Shown here piece by piece: positions 40,801 to 56,400 of a DNA stretch of 64,000 bases. The translations under genes were made by a program, and so were the position numbers. This DNA comes from the human T2T-CHM13v2.0 reference genome, Homo sapiens. The notes beneath the pieces are model-generated. The model was not told the DNA's origin, made no database searches, and saw only the letters and a list, made by a program, of their open reading frames with translations. The stretch lies in NCBI RefSeq assembly GCF_009914755.1, contig NC_060934.1. One strand, written 5' to 3'. The stretch's first letter is position 1, and the number at the start of each line of letters is the position of its first letter.

Positions 40801-42970
40801 ACCGAATGGAAACTAATGAAATGTAATGGAAAGGAAACAACCAGAGTGGAATGGAATGCAATGGAATGCAATGGAATGGAATGGAATGCAATGGAATTCA
40901 ATGGAATGGAAAAAAAGCGAGGGAATGGAATGGAATGGAAAGGACTGGAATGTAATGGAATGGATTGGAGTCAACCCGATTCCAACGCAATGGAATGGAA
41001 TCGAATGGAAAGGAATGGAATGAACTGGAATGGAATGGAAAGGAATGGAATGAACTGGAATGGAATGGAATGGAATGGAATTTAATGGAATGGAATGGAA
41101 TGGAATGGAATCAACCCGAGTAGAGTGGAATGGAATGGAATGGAAATGAATGGAATGGAATGGAATGGAATGGAACAGAACGGAATGGAATGAACCCGAG
41201 TGGAATGGAAAGCAATGGAATGGAATGGAATGGAATGGAATCTACCCTAGTAGAATGGAATGGAATGGAATGGAATGGAATGGAATGGAATGGAATGGAA
41301 TAAACACGAGTGGAATGGAATGGAATGGAATGGAATGGAATGCAATGGAATGGAATAGAATGTAATGGAATAAACTCGAGTGGAAAGGAATGGAATGGAA
41401 AGGAATGAAATGGAAAGGAAAGGAATGGAATGCAACAGAATGCCATGGTATGGAATGGAGTCAACCCGAGTGGATTGGAATGGAACGGAATGGAATGGAA
41501 TGAAATGGAATGGAATGGAATGCAACGGAATGGAGTGGAATGGAATAAACACCAATGGAATGGAATGGAATGGAATGGAATGGAATGGAATGGAATGGAC
41601 AGGAATGGAATGGAATGGAATGGAATGGAATGGAATGGAATGAAATGAAATGGAATGAAATCAACCCGATTGGAATGGAATGGAATGCAATTGAATGGAA
41701 TGGAATCAATTGGAAAGGAATGAAATGAATGGAATGGAATGGAATGGAATGGAATGGAATGGAATGGAATGGAAAGGAATCAACCCGGGTAGAATGGAAT
41801 GGAATGGAATGGAATGGAATGGAATGGAATGGAATGGAGTGGAATGTAATAAACAGCAGTGGAATGGAAGGAATGGAAGGGAATGGAATGCACAGGAATT
41901 GAATGGAATGGAATGGAATGGAATGGAATGGAATGGAATGGACTGGAATGGAATGGAATGGAATGAAATAAACCAGATTGGAATGAAATGAACTAGAATG
42001 GAATGGAATGGAATGAAATAAACCAGATTGCATAGGAATGGAATGCAATGGAATGGAATAAACCAGAGTGGAATGGAATGGAATGGAATGGAATGGAATG
42101 GAATGCAATGGAATGGAATGGAATGGAATCAACCTGAGTGGAATGTAATGGAATGGAATGGAATGGAATGGAATGGAATAAACAAGAGTGGAATGGAAAG
42201 GAATGGAATGGAATGGAATGGAATGGAAAGGAATGGAATAGAATGGAAAGGAATGGATTGGAAAGGAATGGAATTGAAAGGAAAGGAATGGAATGCAATG
42301 GAATGCAAAGGTATGGAATGGAGTAAACCCGAGTGGAATTGAATGCAATGGAATATAACGTAATGGAATGGAATGGAATGCAATGGAATGGAGTGGAATG
42401 GATTAAACACCAGTGGAAAGGAATGGAATGCAATGGACTGGAATGGACAGGAATGGAATGGAATGGAATGGAATGGAATGGAATGGAATGGAATGGATTG
42501 GAATGGAATGGAATGGAATGGAGTGCAATGAAATCAACCCGATTGGAATGGAATGGATTGCAATGGAATGGAATGGAATCAACTGGAAAGGAATCAAATG
42601 GAAAGGAATGCAATGGAATGGAATGGAATGGAATGGAATTGAATTAACCCGAGTGGAATGCAGTGGAATGGAATGGAATGGAATGGAAGGAAATCAACCC
42701 GAATGGAATGGATTTGAATAGAGTGGAATGGAATGGAACGGCATGGAATGCAATGGAATCAACTAGAATGGAATGGGATGGAATGGAAAGGAATGGAATG
42801 AACTGGAATGGAATGGAATGGAATGGAATTTAATGGAATGGAATGGAATGGAATTGAAATTAATGGAATGGAATGGAATGGAGTAGAACGGAACGGAATG
42901 GAATGAACCCGAGTGGAATGGAATGGAATGGAATGGAAAGGAATGGAATCGAATGGAATCAACCCGAGTG

Positions 42971-45900
42971 GAATGGAATGGAATGGAATGGAAAGGAATG
43001 GACTAGAATGGAATGGAAAGGAAAGGAATGGAATGCAGTGAAATGCAATGGTATGGAATGGAGTCAACCCGAGTGGAATGGAATGGAAAGGAATGGAATG
43101 AAATGGAATGGAATGGAATGCAATGGAACAGAGTTGGAATGGAATAATCAACAGTGGAATGGAATGCAATGGAATAGAGTGGAATGGAATAAACACCAGT
43201 GGAATGGAATGGAATGGAATGGAATGGAATGGAATGGAATGGAATGGTCAGGAATGGAATGGAATGGAATGGAATGGAATGGAAAGGACTAGAAGGGAAT
43301 GGAATGGAATGAAATCAACCCGATTGGAATGGAATGGAATGCAATGGAATGGAATGGAATCAGCTGGAAAGGAATCAAAGGGAATGGAATGGAATGGAAT
43401 GGAATGGAATGGAATGGAATGGAATAGAATTGAATAGAATCAACTCGAGTAGAAAGGAATGGAATAGAAAGGAAAGGAATGGAAAGGAAATGAATGGAAT
43501 GCAATGGAGTGCAATGGTATGGAATGGAGTCAAACCGAGTGGAATGGAATGGAATGAAATCGAATGGAATGGTATTTAATGGAATGGAGTGGAATGGAAT
43601 AAACACCAGTGGAATGGAATGCAACGGAATGGAGTGGAATAGAATAAACACCAGTGGAATGGAATGGAATGGAATGGAGTGGAATGGAATGGAATGGAAT
43701 GGAATGGACAGGAATGGAATGGAATGGAATGAAATCAACCCGATTGGAATGGAGTGGAATGCAACGGAATGGAATGGAATCAACTGGAAAGCAATGAAAT
43801 GGAATGGAATGGAATGCAATGGAATGGAGTGGAACGGAATAAAAAACAGTGGAATGGAATGCAATGGAATAGAGTGGAATGGAATAAACACCGGTGGACT
43901 GGAATGGAACGGAATAGAATGGACAGGAATGGAATGGAATGGAATGGAAAGGACTAGAATGGAATGGAATGGAATGAAATCAACCCGATTGGAATGGAAT
44001 GTAATGTAATGGAATGGAATGGAATCAGCTGGAAATGAATCAAAGGGAACGGAATGGTATGGAATGGAATGGAATGGAATGGAATGGAATGGAATGGAAT
44101 GGAAACTATAGGAATGGAATGGAAAGGAAACAACTCGAATGGAATGGAATGCAATGGAATGCAATCGAATGGAATGGAATGGAATGGAATGGAATGGAAT
44201 GGAATGGAATGGAATGGAATTCAGTGTAATGGAAACAAACCGAGTGGAATATAATGGAATGAAAAAGACCGGGATGTAATGGAATGGATTGGAATCAACC
44301 CGATTACAATGCAACGGAATGGAATGGAAGGGAATGGAATGGAATGGAAGGGAATGGAATGAACTGGAATACAATGGAATTTAATGCAATGGAATGGAAC
44401 GGAATGGAATCAACCCCAGTGGAGTGGAATGGAATGGAAAGGAAATGAATGGAATTGAATGGAATGGAATGGAACGGAACGAAATGAAATGAACACGAGT
44501 AGAATGGAATGGAATGGAATGGAATGGAATGGAATCGAATGGAATCAACCCAAGTGGAATGGAATGGAATGGAATGGAATGGAATGGAATGGAACGGGAC
44601 TAAAAGGATTGAACCCGAGTAGAATGGAATGCATTGGAATGGAATGGAATGGAATCAACCCGAGTGGAATGGAATGGAATGGAACGGAATAAACACGAAT
44701 GGAATGGAATGGAATGGAATGGAATCAACTCGAGTGGAATGAAATGTAACGTCATGGAATGGAATGGAATGGAATGGAATGGAATGGAATAGAATGGAAT
44801 CAATTCGAGTGCAATGTAATGGAATAGAATGGAATCAATTAAACTGCAATGTAATGGTATAGAATGGAATGGAATGGAATGGAATGGAATCAACCAGAGT
44901 GGAATGGAATGGAAAGGAATGGAATGGAATGGAAAGGAATGGAAGGGAATGAAATGGAATGGAATGGAATGGAATGGAATGTAACGGCATGGAATGCAAT
45001 GGAATGGAGTGGAATCAACCCGAGTGGAATGGAATGGAATGGACTGTAACGGCATGGAATTGAATGGAATGGACTGGAAACAAACCGAGTGGAATGGAAT
45101 GAAATGGAAACGAATGGAATGGAATCAACCCGAGTGGAATGGAGTGGAATGGAATGGAATGGAATCAACCCGAGTGGAATGGAATGGAATGGATTGGAAT
45201 GGAATGAACCCGACTGCAACGGAATGGAATGGAATGGAAAGGAATGGAATGGAATGAAATGAACACGAGTGGAATGGAATGGAATAGAATGGAATGGAAT
45301 ATAATGGAATGGAATGGAATGGAATGGAAGAGAATGGAATGGAATCAACCCGAGTGGAAAGGAATGGAATGGAAAGGAATAGAATTGAATGGAAAGGAAT
45401 GGAATGCAATGGAATGCAATGGTATGGAATGGAGTCAACCCGAGTGGAATGGAATGGAATGGAATCGAATGCAATGGAATGGAATGGAATGCTATGGAAT
45501 GGAGTGGAATGGAATAAACACCAGTGGAATGGAATGGAATGGAATGGAATGGAATGGAATGGAATGGACTAGAATGGAATGGAATGGAATGAAATCCACC
45601 CGATTGGAATGGAATCGAATGCAATGGAATGGATTGGAATCACCTGGATAAGAATGAAATGGAATGGAATGGAATGGAATGGAATGGAATGGAATGCAAT
45701 GGAAAGGAATGGAATGAAATCAACCCGAGTGGAATGGATTGGAATAGAGTGGAATGGAATGGAAATGCATGGAATGCAATGGAATCAACTAGAATGGAAT
45801 GGAATGGAATGGAATGGAATGGAATGGAATGGAATGGAATGGACAGGAATGGAATGGAATGGAATGGAGTGGAATGGACTAGAATGGAATGGAATGGAAT

Positions 45901-48900
45901 GAAATAAACCGGACTGGAATGGAATGGAATGCAATGGAATGGAATGGAATCAACTGTAAAGGAATCAAATGGCACGGAATGGAATGGAATGGAATGGAAA
46001 GAATGGAATGGAATCAACTCGAGGGGAAAGGAATGGAATGGCATGGAATCGAATGGAAAGGAAAGGAATGGAATGCAAAGGAATGCAATGGTATGGAATG
46101 GAGTCAACCCGAGTGGAATGGAATGGAATGGAATGGAATGGAATGGAATGGAATGGAATGGATTGGAGTGGAATTGAATAAACACTAGTGGAATGGAATG
46201 GAATGGAATGGCATGGACAGGAATGGAATGGAATGGAATGGAATGAAATGGAATGGAATGGAATGGACTAGAATGGAATGGAATGGAATGAAATCAACCA
46301 GATTGGAATGGAATGGAATGCAATGGAAGGTAATGGAATCAACAGGAAAGGAATGAAGTGGAGTGGAATGGAATGGAATGAAATGGAGTGGAATGGAATG
46401 GAATGGAATGGAATGGAATGGAATTAACCCGAGTAGAATGCTATGGAATGGAATGAAATGGAATGGAATGAAATCAACCCTAATGGAATGGATTGGAATA
46501 AAGTGGAATGGAATGGAATGGCATGGAATGCAATGGAATCAACTAGAATGGTATGGAATGGAATGAAATGGACAGGAATGGAATGGAAAGGAATGGAATG
46601 GAATGGACTGGAATCGACTAGAATGGAATGGAATGGAATGAAATCAACCCGATTGGAATGGAATGGAACGCAATGGAATGGAATGGAATCAACTTGAAAG
46701 GAATGAAATGGAATGGAATGGAATGGAATGGAATCAACCCGAGTGGAATGCAATGGAATGGAATGGAATGGAATGGAATGGAATGAAATCAACTCGAGTG
46801 GAATGGATTGAAATGGAGTGGAATGGAATGGAACGGCATGGAATGCAATGGAATCAACTAGAATGGAATGGAATGGAATGGATTGGAATGGAATCGAACG
46901 GAATCAACCTGAGTGGAATGGAATGGAATGGAATGGAATGAATGGAATGGAAACTAAAGGAATGGAATGGAAAGGAAACAACCCAAGTGGAATGGAATGC
47001 AATGGAATGCAATGGAATGTAATGGAATGGAATGGAATTCAGTGTAATGGAAACAAACCGAGTGGAATATAATGGAATGAAAAGGACTGGGATGTAATGG
47101 AATGGATTGGAATCAACCCGATTACAACGCAACGGAATGAAATGGAAGGGAATGGAATTCAATGGAAAAGAATGGAATGAACTGGAATGCAATGGAATTT
47201 AATGGAATGGAATGGAACGGAATGGAATCAACCCTAGGGGAGTCGAATGGAATGGAAAGGAAATGAATGGAATGGAATGGAATGGAACGAAATGGAATGA
47301 CCCCGAGTAGAATGGAATGGAATGGAATGGAATGGAATCAACCCGAGTGGAATGGAATGGAATGGAATGGAATAAACATGAATGGAATGGAATGGAATGG
47401 AATGGAATCAACTCGAGTGGAATGAAATGTAACGTCATAGAATGGAATGGAATGGAATGGAATGGAATGGAATAGAATGGAATGGAATCAACTCGAGTGG
47501 AATGGAATGGAATGGAATGGAATGGAATGGAATGGAATGGAATGGAATCAACCCGAGTGGAATGGAATGGAATGGAATGGAATGGAATGGAATGGAATGG
47601 AATGGAATGGAATGGACTAGAATGGAATGGAAAGGAAAGGAATGGAATGCAATGAAAAGCAATGGTATGGAATGGAGTCAACCCGAGTGGAATGGAATGG
47701 AAAGGAATGGAATGAAATGGAATGGAATGGAATGCAATGGAATGGAGTGGAATGGAATAATCAACAGTGGAATGGAATGCAATGGAATAGAGTGGAATGG
47801 AATAAGCACCAGTGGAATGGAATGGAATGGAATGGAATGGAATGGAATGGAATGGAATGGTCAGGAATGGAATGGAATGGAATGGAATGGAATGGAAAGG
47901 ACTAGAAGGCAACGGAATGGAATGAAATCAACCCGATTGGAATGGAATGGAATGCAATGGAATGGAATGGAATCAGCTGGAAAAGAATCAAAGGTAATGG
48001 AATGTAATGTAATGGAATGGAATGGAATGGAATGGAATAGAATGTAATAGAATCAACTCGAGTGGAAAGGAATGGAAAGGAAAGGAATGGAATGGAAAGG
48101 AAGCGAATGGAATGCAATGGAGTGCAATTGTATGGAATGGATTCAACCCGAGTGGAATGGAATGGAATGGAATGGAATGAAATGGAATGAAATGGAATGG
48201 AATGGTATTTAATGTAATGGAGTGGAATGGAATGGAATGGAATGGAATAGACAGGAATGGAATGGAATGTAATGAAATCAACCCGATTGGAATGGAGTGG
48301 AATGCAACGGAATGGAATGGAATCAACTGGAAAGGAATGAAATGGAATGGAATGGAATGCAATGGAATGGAATGGAATGGAATCAACTCGCTTGGAATTC
48401 AATGGAATGGAATGGAATGGAATGGAATCAACCCGAGTGGAATGGATTGGAATGGAGTGGAATGGAATGGAACGGCATGGAATGCTATGGAATCAACTAG
48501 AATGGAATGGAATGGAATGGATTGGAAAGGAATCGAACGGAATCAACCTGAGTGGAATGGAATGGAATGGAATGGAATGGAATGGAATGGAATGGAATGG
48601 AATGAAATGAATGGAATGGAACGGAAAGGATACTAATGCAATGGAATGGAAAGGAAACAACCCGAGTGGAATGGAATGCAATGGAATGGAGTGGAATTCA
48701 ATGTAATGGAAACAAACCGAGTGGAATGTAGTGAAATGGAAAGGACTGGAATGTGATGGAATGTATTGGAATCAACCCGATTCCAATGCAACGGAATGGA
48801 ATGGAATGGAAGGGTATGGAATGGAATGGAAACGAATGGAATGACCTGGAATGGAATGGATTAGAATGGAATTTAATGGAATGGAATGGAATGGAATGGA

Positions 48901-51900
48901 ATCAACCCGAGTGGAGTGGAATGGAATGGAATGGAAATGAATGGAATGGAATGGAATGGAATGGAATGGAATGGAATGGAATGGAATGGAACGTAACGTA
49001 ATGCAATGAACCCGAGTGAAACGGAATGGAATGGAATGGAATGGAATGGAATCATCCCGAGTGGAATGGAATGGAATAGAATGGAATAAAAACGAGTGGA
49101 ATGAATGGAATGGAATGGAATGGAAAGGAATGGACTAGAATGGAATGGAAAGGAAAGGAATGGAATGCAGTGAAATGCAATGGTATGGAATGGAGTCAAC
49201 CCGAGTGGAATGGAATGGAAAGGAATGGAATGAAATGGAATGGAATGGAATGCAATGGAACGGAGTGGAATGGAATAATCAACAGTGGAATGGAATGCAA
49301 TGGAATAGAGTGGAATGGAATAAAAACCAGTGGAATGGAATGGAATGGAATGGAATGGAATGGAATGGAATGGTCAGGAATGGAATGGAATGGAATAGAA
49401 AGGACTAGAAGGGAATGGAATGGAGTGAAATCAACCCGATTGGAATGGAATGGAATGCAATGGAATGGAATGGAATCACCTGGAAAGGAATCAAACGGAA
49501 AAGAATGGAATGGAATGGAATGGAATGGAATGGAATGGAATGGAATAGAATTGAATAGAATCAACTCGAGTGGAAAGGAATGGAATAGAAAGGAAAGGAA
49601 TGGAAAGGAAACGAATGGAATGCAATGGAGTGCAATGGTATGGAATGGAGTCAAACCGAGTGGAATGGAATGGAATGAAATCGAATGGAATGGTATTTAA
49701 TGGAATGGAGTGGAATGGAATAAACACCAGTGGAATGGAATGAAACGGAATGGAGTGGAATGGAATAAACACCAGTGGAATGGAATGGAATGGAATGGAG
49801 TGGAATGGAATGGAATGGACAGGAATGGAATGGAATGGAATGAAATCAACCCGATTGGAATGGAGTGGAATGCCACGGAATGGAATGGAATCAACTGGAA
49901 AGCAATGAAATGGAATGGAATGGAATGCAATGGAATGGAGTGGAACGGAATAAAAAACAGTGGAATGGAATGCAATGGAATAGAGTGGAATGGAATAAAC
50001 ACCGGTGGACTGGAATGGAACGGAATAGAATGGACAGGAATGGAATGGAATGGAATGGAAAGGACTAGAATGGAATGGAATGGAATGAAATCAACCCGAT
50101 TGGAATGGAAAGTAATGTAATGGAATGGAATGGAATCAGCTGGAAATGAATCAAAGGGAACGGAATGGTATGGAATGGAATGGAATGCAATGGAATGGAA
50201 TGGAAACTATAGGAATGGAATGGAAAGGAAACAACTCGAATGGAATGGAATGCAATGGAATGCAATGGAATGGAATGGAATGGAATGGAATGCAATGGAA
50301 TGGAATTCAGTGTAATGGAAACAAACCGAGTGGAATATAATGGAATGAAAAAGACCGGGATGTAATGGAATGGATTGGAATCAACCCGATTACAATGCAA
50401 CGGAATGGAATGGAAGGGAATGGAATGGAATGGAAGGGAATGGAATGAACTGGAATGCAATGGAATTTAATGGAATGGAATGGAACGGAATGGAATGAAC
50501 CCGAGTGGAGTGGAATGGAATGGAAAGGAAATGAATGGAATTGAATGGAATGGAATGGAGCGGAACGAAATGAAATGAACCCGAATAGAATGGAATGGAA
50601 TGGAATGGAATGGAATGGAATGGAATCAACCCGATTGGAATGAAATGGAATGGAATGGAATGGAATGGAATGGAACGGGACTAAAAGGATTGAACCCGAG
50701 TAGAATGGAATGGATTGGAATGGAATGGAATGGAATCAACCCGAGTGGAATGGAATGGAATGGAACGGAATAAACACGAATGGAATGGAATGGAATGGAA
50801 TCAACTCGAGTGGAATGAAATGTAGCGTCATGGAATGGAATGGAATGGAATGGAATGGAATGGAAAAGAATGGAATCAATTCGAGTGCAATGTAATCGAA
50901 TAGAATGGAAGCAATTAAACTGCAATATAATGGTATAGAATGGAATGGAATATAATGGAATGGAATCAACCAGAGTGGAATGGAATGGAAAGGAATGGAA
51001 TGGAATGGAAAGGAATGGAAGGGAATGAAATGGAATGGAATGGAATGTAACGGCATGGAATGCAATGGAATGGAGTGGAATCAACCCGAGTGGAATGGAA
51101 TGGAATGGACTGTAACGGCATGGAATTGAATGGAATGGACTGGAAACAAACCGAGTGGAATGGAATGAAATGGAAACGAATGGAATGGAATCAACCCGAG
51201 TGGAATGGAGTGGAATGGAATGGAATGGAATCAACCCGAGTGGAATGGAATAGAATGGATTGGAATGGAATGAACCCGACTGAAACGGAATGGAATGGAA
51301 TGGAAAGGAATGGAATGGAATGAAATGAACACGAGTGGAATGGAATGGAATAGAATGGAATGGAATATAATGGAATGGAATGGAATGGAATGGAATCAAC
51401 CTGAGTGGAAAGGAATGGAATGGAAAGGAATAGAATTGAATGGAACGGAATGGAATGCAATGGAATGCAATGGTATGGAATGGAGTCAACCCAAGTGGAA
51501 TGGAATGGAATGGAATCGAATGCAATGGAATGGAATGGAATGCTATGGAATGGAGTGGAATGGAATAAACACCAGTGGAATGGAATGGAATGGAATGGAA
51601 TGGACTAGAATGGAATGGAATGGAATGAAATCCACCCGATTGGAATGGAATCGATTGCAATGGAATGGATTGGAATCACCTGGATAAGAATGAAATGGAA
51701 TGGAATGGAATGGAATGGAATGGAATGGAATGGAATGCAATGGAAAGGAATGGAATGAAATCAACCCGAGTGGAATGGATTGGAATAGAGTGGAATGGAA
51801 TGGAAATGCATGGAATACAATGGAATCAACTAGAATGGAATGGAATGGAAAGGAATGGAATGGAATGGAATGGAATGGAATGGAATGGACACGAATGGAA

Positions 51901-54900
51901 TGGAATGGAATGCAGTGGAATGGACTAGAATGGAATGGAATGGAATGAAATAAACCGGATTGGAATGGAATGGAATGCAATGGAATGGAATGGAATCAAC
52001 TGGAAAGGAATCAAATGGCACGGAATGGAATGGAATGGAATGGAAAGAATGGAATGGAATCAACTCGAGGGGAAAGGAATGGAATGACATGGAATCGAAT
52101 GGAAAGGAAAGGAATGGAATGCAAAGGAATGCAATGGTATGGAATGGAGTCAACCCGAGTAGAATGGAATGGAATGGAATGGAATGGAATGCAATGGATT
52201 GGAGTGGAATTGAATAAACACTAGTGGAATGGAATGGAATGGAATGGAATGGCATGGACAGGAATGGAATGGAATGGAATGGAATGGACTAGAATGGAAT
52301 GGAATGGAATGAAATCAACCAGATTGGAATGGAATGGAATGCAATGGAAGGTAATGGAATCAACAGGAAAGGAATGAAGTGGAGTGGAATGGAATGAAAT
52401 GAAATGGAGTGGAATGGAATGGAATGGAATGGAATGGAATGGAATTAACCCGAGTAGAATGCTATGGAATGGAATGAAATGGAATGGAATGAAATCAACC
52501 CTAATGGAATGGATTGGAATAAAGTGGAATGGAATGGAATGGCATGGAATGCAATGGAATAAACTAGAATGGTATGGAATGGAATGAAATGGACAGGAAT
52601 GGAATGGAAAGGAATGGAATGGAATGGACTGGAATCGACTAGAATGGAATGGAATGGAATGAAATCAACCCGAATGGAATGGAATGGAACACAATGGAAT
52701 GGAATGGAATCAACTTGAAAGGAATGAAATGGAATGGAATGGAATGGAATGGAATCAACCCGAGTGGAATGCAATGGAATGGAATGGAATGGAATGGAAT
52801 GGAATGGAATGGAATCAACTCGAATGGAATGGATTGAAATGGAGTGGAATGGAATGGAACGGCATGGAATGCAATGGAATCAACTAGAATGGAATGGAAT
52901 GGAATGGATTGGAATGGAATCGAACGGAATCAACCTGAGTGGAATGGAATGGAATGGAATGGAATGAATGGAATGGAAACTAAAGGAATGGAATGGAAAG
53001 GAAACAACCCGAGTGGAATGGAATGCAATGGAATGCAATGGAATGGAATGGAATGGAATGGAATTCAGTGTAATGGAAACAAACCGAGTGGAATATAATG
53101 GAATGAAAAGGACTGGGATGTAATGGAATGGATTGGAATCAACCCGATTACAACACAACGGAATGAAATGGAAGGGAATGGAATTCAATGGAAAAGAATG
53201 GAATGAACGGAATGCAATGGAATTTAATGGAATGGAATGGAACGGAATGGAATCAACCCTTGGGGAGTCGAATGGAATGGAAAGGAAATGAATGGAATGG
53301 AATGGAATGGAACGAAATGGAATGACCACGAGTAGAATGGAATGGAATGGAATGGAATGGAATCAACCCGAGTGGAATGGAATGGAATGGAATGGAATAA
53401 ACATGAATGGAATGGAATGGAATGGAATGGAATCAACTCGAGTGGAATGAAATGTAACGTCATAGAATGGAATGGAATGGAATGGAATGGAATGGAATGG
53501 AATAGAATGGAATGGAATCAACTAGAGTGGAAAGGAATGGAATGGAAAGGAATGGAATGGAATGGAATGGAATGGAATGGAATGGAATGCAACGGAATGG
53601 AATGGAATAGAATGTAATGGAATCAACTCGAGTGGAAAGCAATGGAATGGAAAGGAAAGGAATGGAATGCAATAGAATGCCATGGTATGGAATGGAGTCA
53701 ACCCGAGTGGACTGGAATGGAGCGGAATGGAATGGAATGAAATGGAATGGAATGGAATGCAACGGAATGGAGTGGAATGGAATAAAAACCAATGGAATGG
53801 AATGGAATGGAATGGAATGGAATGGACAGGAATGGAATGGAATGGAATCGAATGGAATGGAATGGACTAGAATGGAATGAAATGGAATGAAATCAACCTG
53901 ATTGGAATGGAATGGAATGCAATGGAATGGAATGGAATCAATTGGAAAGGAATGAAATGAATGGAATGGAATGGAATGGAATGGAACGGAATGGAATGGA
54001 ATGGAAAGGAATCAACCCGGGTAGAATGCAATGGAATGGAAAGGAATGGAATGGAATGGAATCAACCCGAGTTGATTGGAAGGGAATGGAATGGAATGGA
54101 ATGGAATGGAATGGAATGGAATGGAATGGAATGGAATCAACTCGAGTGGAATGGAATGGAATGGAATGGAATCAACCCGAGTGGAATGGAATGGAATGGA
54201 ATAAACACGAGTGGAATGGAATGGAATGGAATGGAATGGAATGCAATGGAATGGACTAGAATGGAATGGAAAGGAAAGGAATGGAATGCAATGAAATGCA
54301 ATGGTATGGAATGGAGTCAACCCGAGTGGAATGGAATGGAAAGGAATGGAATGAAATGGAATGGAATGGAATGCAATGGAATGGAGTGGAATGGAATAAT
54401 CAACAGTGGAATGGAATGCAATGGAATAGAGTGGAATGGAATAAGCACCAGTTGAATGGAATGGAATGGAATGGAATGGAATGGAATGGAATGGTATTAT
54501 CAGGAATGGAATGGAATGGAATGGAATGGAATGGAATGGAATGGAAAGGACTAGAAGGGAATGGAATGGAATGAAATCAACCCGATTGGAATGGAATGGA
54601 ATGCAATGGAATGGAATGGAATCAGCTGGAAAGGAATCAAAGGTAATGGAATGGAATGGAATGGAATGGAATGGAATGGAATGGAATGGAATGGAATAGA
54701 ATGGAATAGAATCAACTTGAGTGGAAAGGAATGGAAAGGAAAGGAATGGAATGGAAAGGAAGCGAATGGAATGCAATGGAGTGCAATTGTATGGAATGGA
54801 TTCAACCCGAGTGGAATGTAATGGAATGGAATGGAATGAAATGGAATGAAATGGAATGGAATGGTATTTAATGGAATGGAGTGGAATGGAATGGAATGGA

Positions 54901-55815
54901 ATGGAATAGACAGGAATGGAATGGAATGTAATGAAATCAACCCGATTGGAATGGAGTGGAATGCAACAGAATGGAATGGAATCAACTGGAAAGGAATGAA
55001 ATGGAATGGAATGGAATGCAATGGAATGGAATGGAATGGAATCAACTCGAGTGGAATTCAATGGAATGGAATGGAATGGAATGGAATCAACCCGAGTGGA
55101 ATGGATTGGAATGGAGTGGAATGGAATGGAACGGCATGGAATGCTATGGAATCAACTAGAATGGAATGGAATGGAATGGATTGGAAAGGAATCGAACGGA
55201 ATCAACCTGAGTGGAATGGAATGGAATGGAATGGAATGGAATGGAATGAAATGAATGGAATGGAACGGAATGGATACTAATGCAATGGAATGGAAAGGAA
55301 ACAACCCGAGTGGAATGGAATGCAATGGAATGCAATGGAATGGAGTGGAATTCAATGTAATGGAAACAAACCGAGTGGAATGTAGTGAAATGGAAAGGAC
55401 TGGAATGTGATGGAATGTATTGGAATCAACCCGATTCCAATGCAACGGAATGGAATGGAATGGAAGGGTATGGAATGGAATGGAAACGAATGGAATGACC
55501 TGGAATGGAATGGATTGGAATGGAATTTAATGGAATGGAATGGAATGGAATGGAATCAACCCGAGTGGAGTGGAATGGAATGGAATGGAAATGAATGGAA
55601 TGGAATGGAATGGAATGGAATGGAATGGAATGGAATGGAATGGAACGGAACGTAATGCAATGAACCCGAGTGAAACGGAATGGAATGGAATGGAATGGAA
55701 TGGAATCATCCCGAGTGGAATGGAATGGAATAGAATGGAATAAAAACGAGTGGAATGAATGGAATGGAATGGAATGGAAAGGAATGGACTAGAAAGAAAT
55801 GGAAAGGAAAGGAAT
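42971..55815 (+). repeat. ~6.1/6.7-kb tandem duplication (42971-49102 and 49103-55815), both copies homologous to 24760-31455
   Basis: GGACTAGAATGGAATGGAAAGGAAAGGAATGGAATGCAGTGAAATGC occurs at 24781, 43000 and 49132. ORF homologues: 25490/43754/49865, 28145/46424/52445, 31058/48753/55407. Confidence 0.88.
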
Positions 55816-56400
55816 TTAATGCAATGGAATGGAATGGAGTCAACCCGAGTGGAATGGAATGGAATGGAATGGAATGAAATGGAATGGAATGGAATGCAAA
55901 GGAATGGAGTGGAATGGAATAAACACCAGTGGAATGGAATGGAATGGAATGGAATGAAATGGAATGGAATGGAATGCAATGGAATGGAGTGGAACGGAAT
56001 AAAAAACAGTGGAATGGAATGCAATGGAATAGAGCTAGAATGGAATAAACACCAGTGGACTGGAATGGAACGGAATGGAATGGACATGAATGGAATGGAC
56101 AGGAACGGAATGGAATGGAAAGGCTAGAATGGAATGGAATGGAATGAAATCAACCCGACTGGAATGGAATGGAATGCAATGGAATGGAATGGAATCAACT
56201 GGAAAGGAATCAAAGGGAACGGAATGGTATGGAAATGAATGGAATGGAATGGAATGGAATGGAATGGAATGGAATAGAATGGAATAGAATCAACTCGAGT
56301 GGAAAGGAATGGAATGGAAAGGAATGGAATTGAAAGGAAACGAATGGAATGCAATGGAATGCAATGGTATGGAATGGAGTTAACCCGAGTGGAATGGAAT

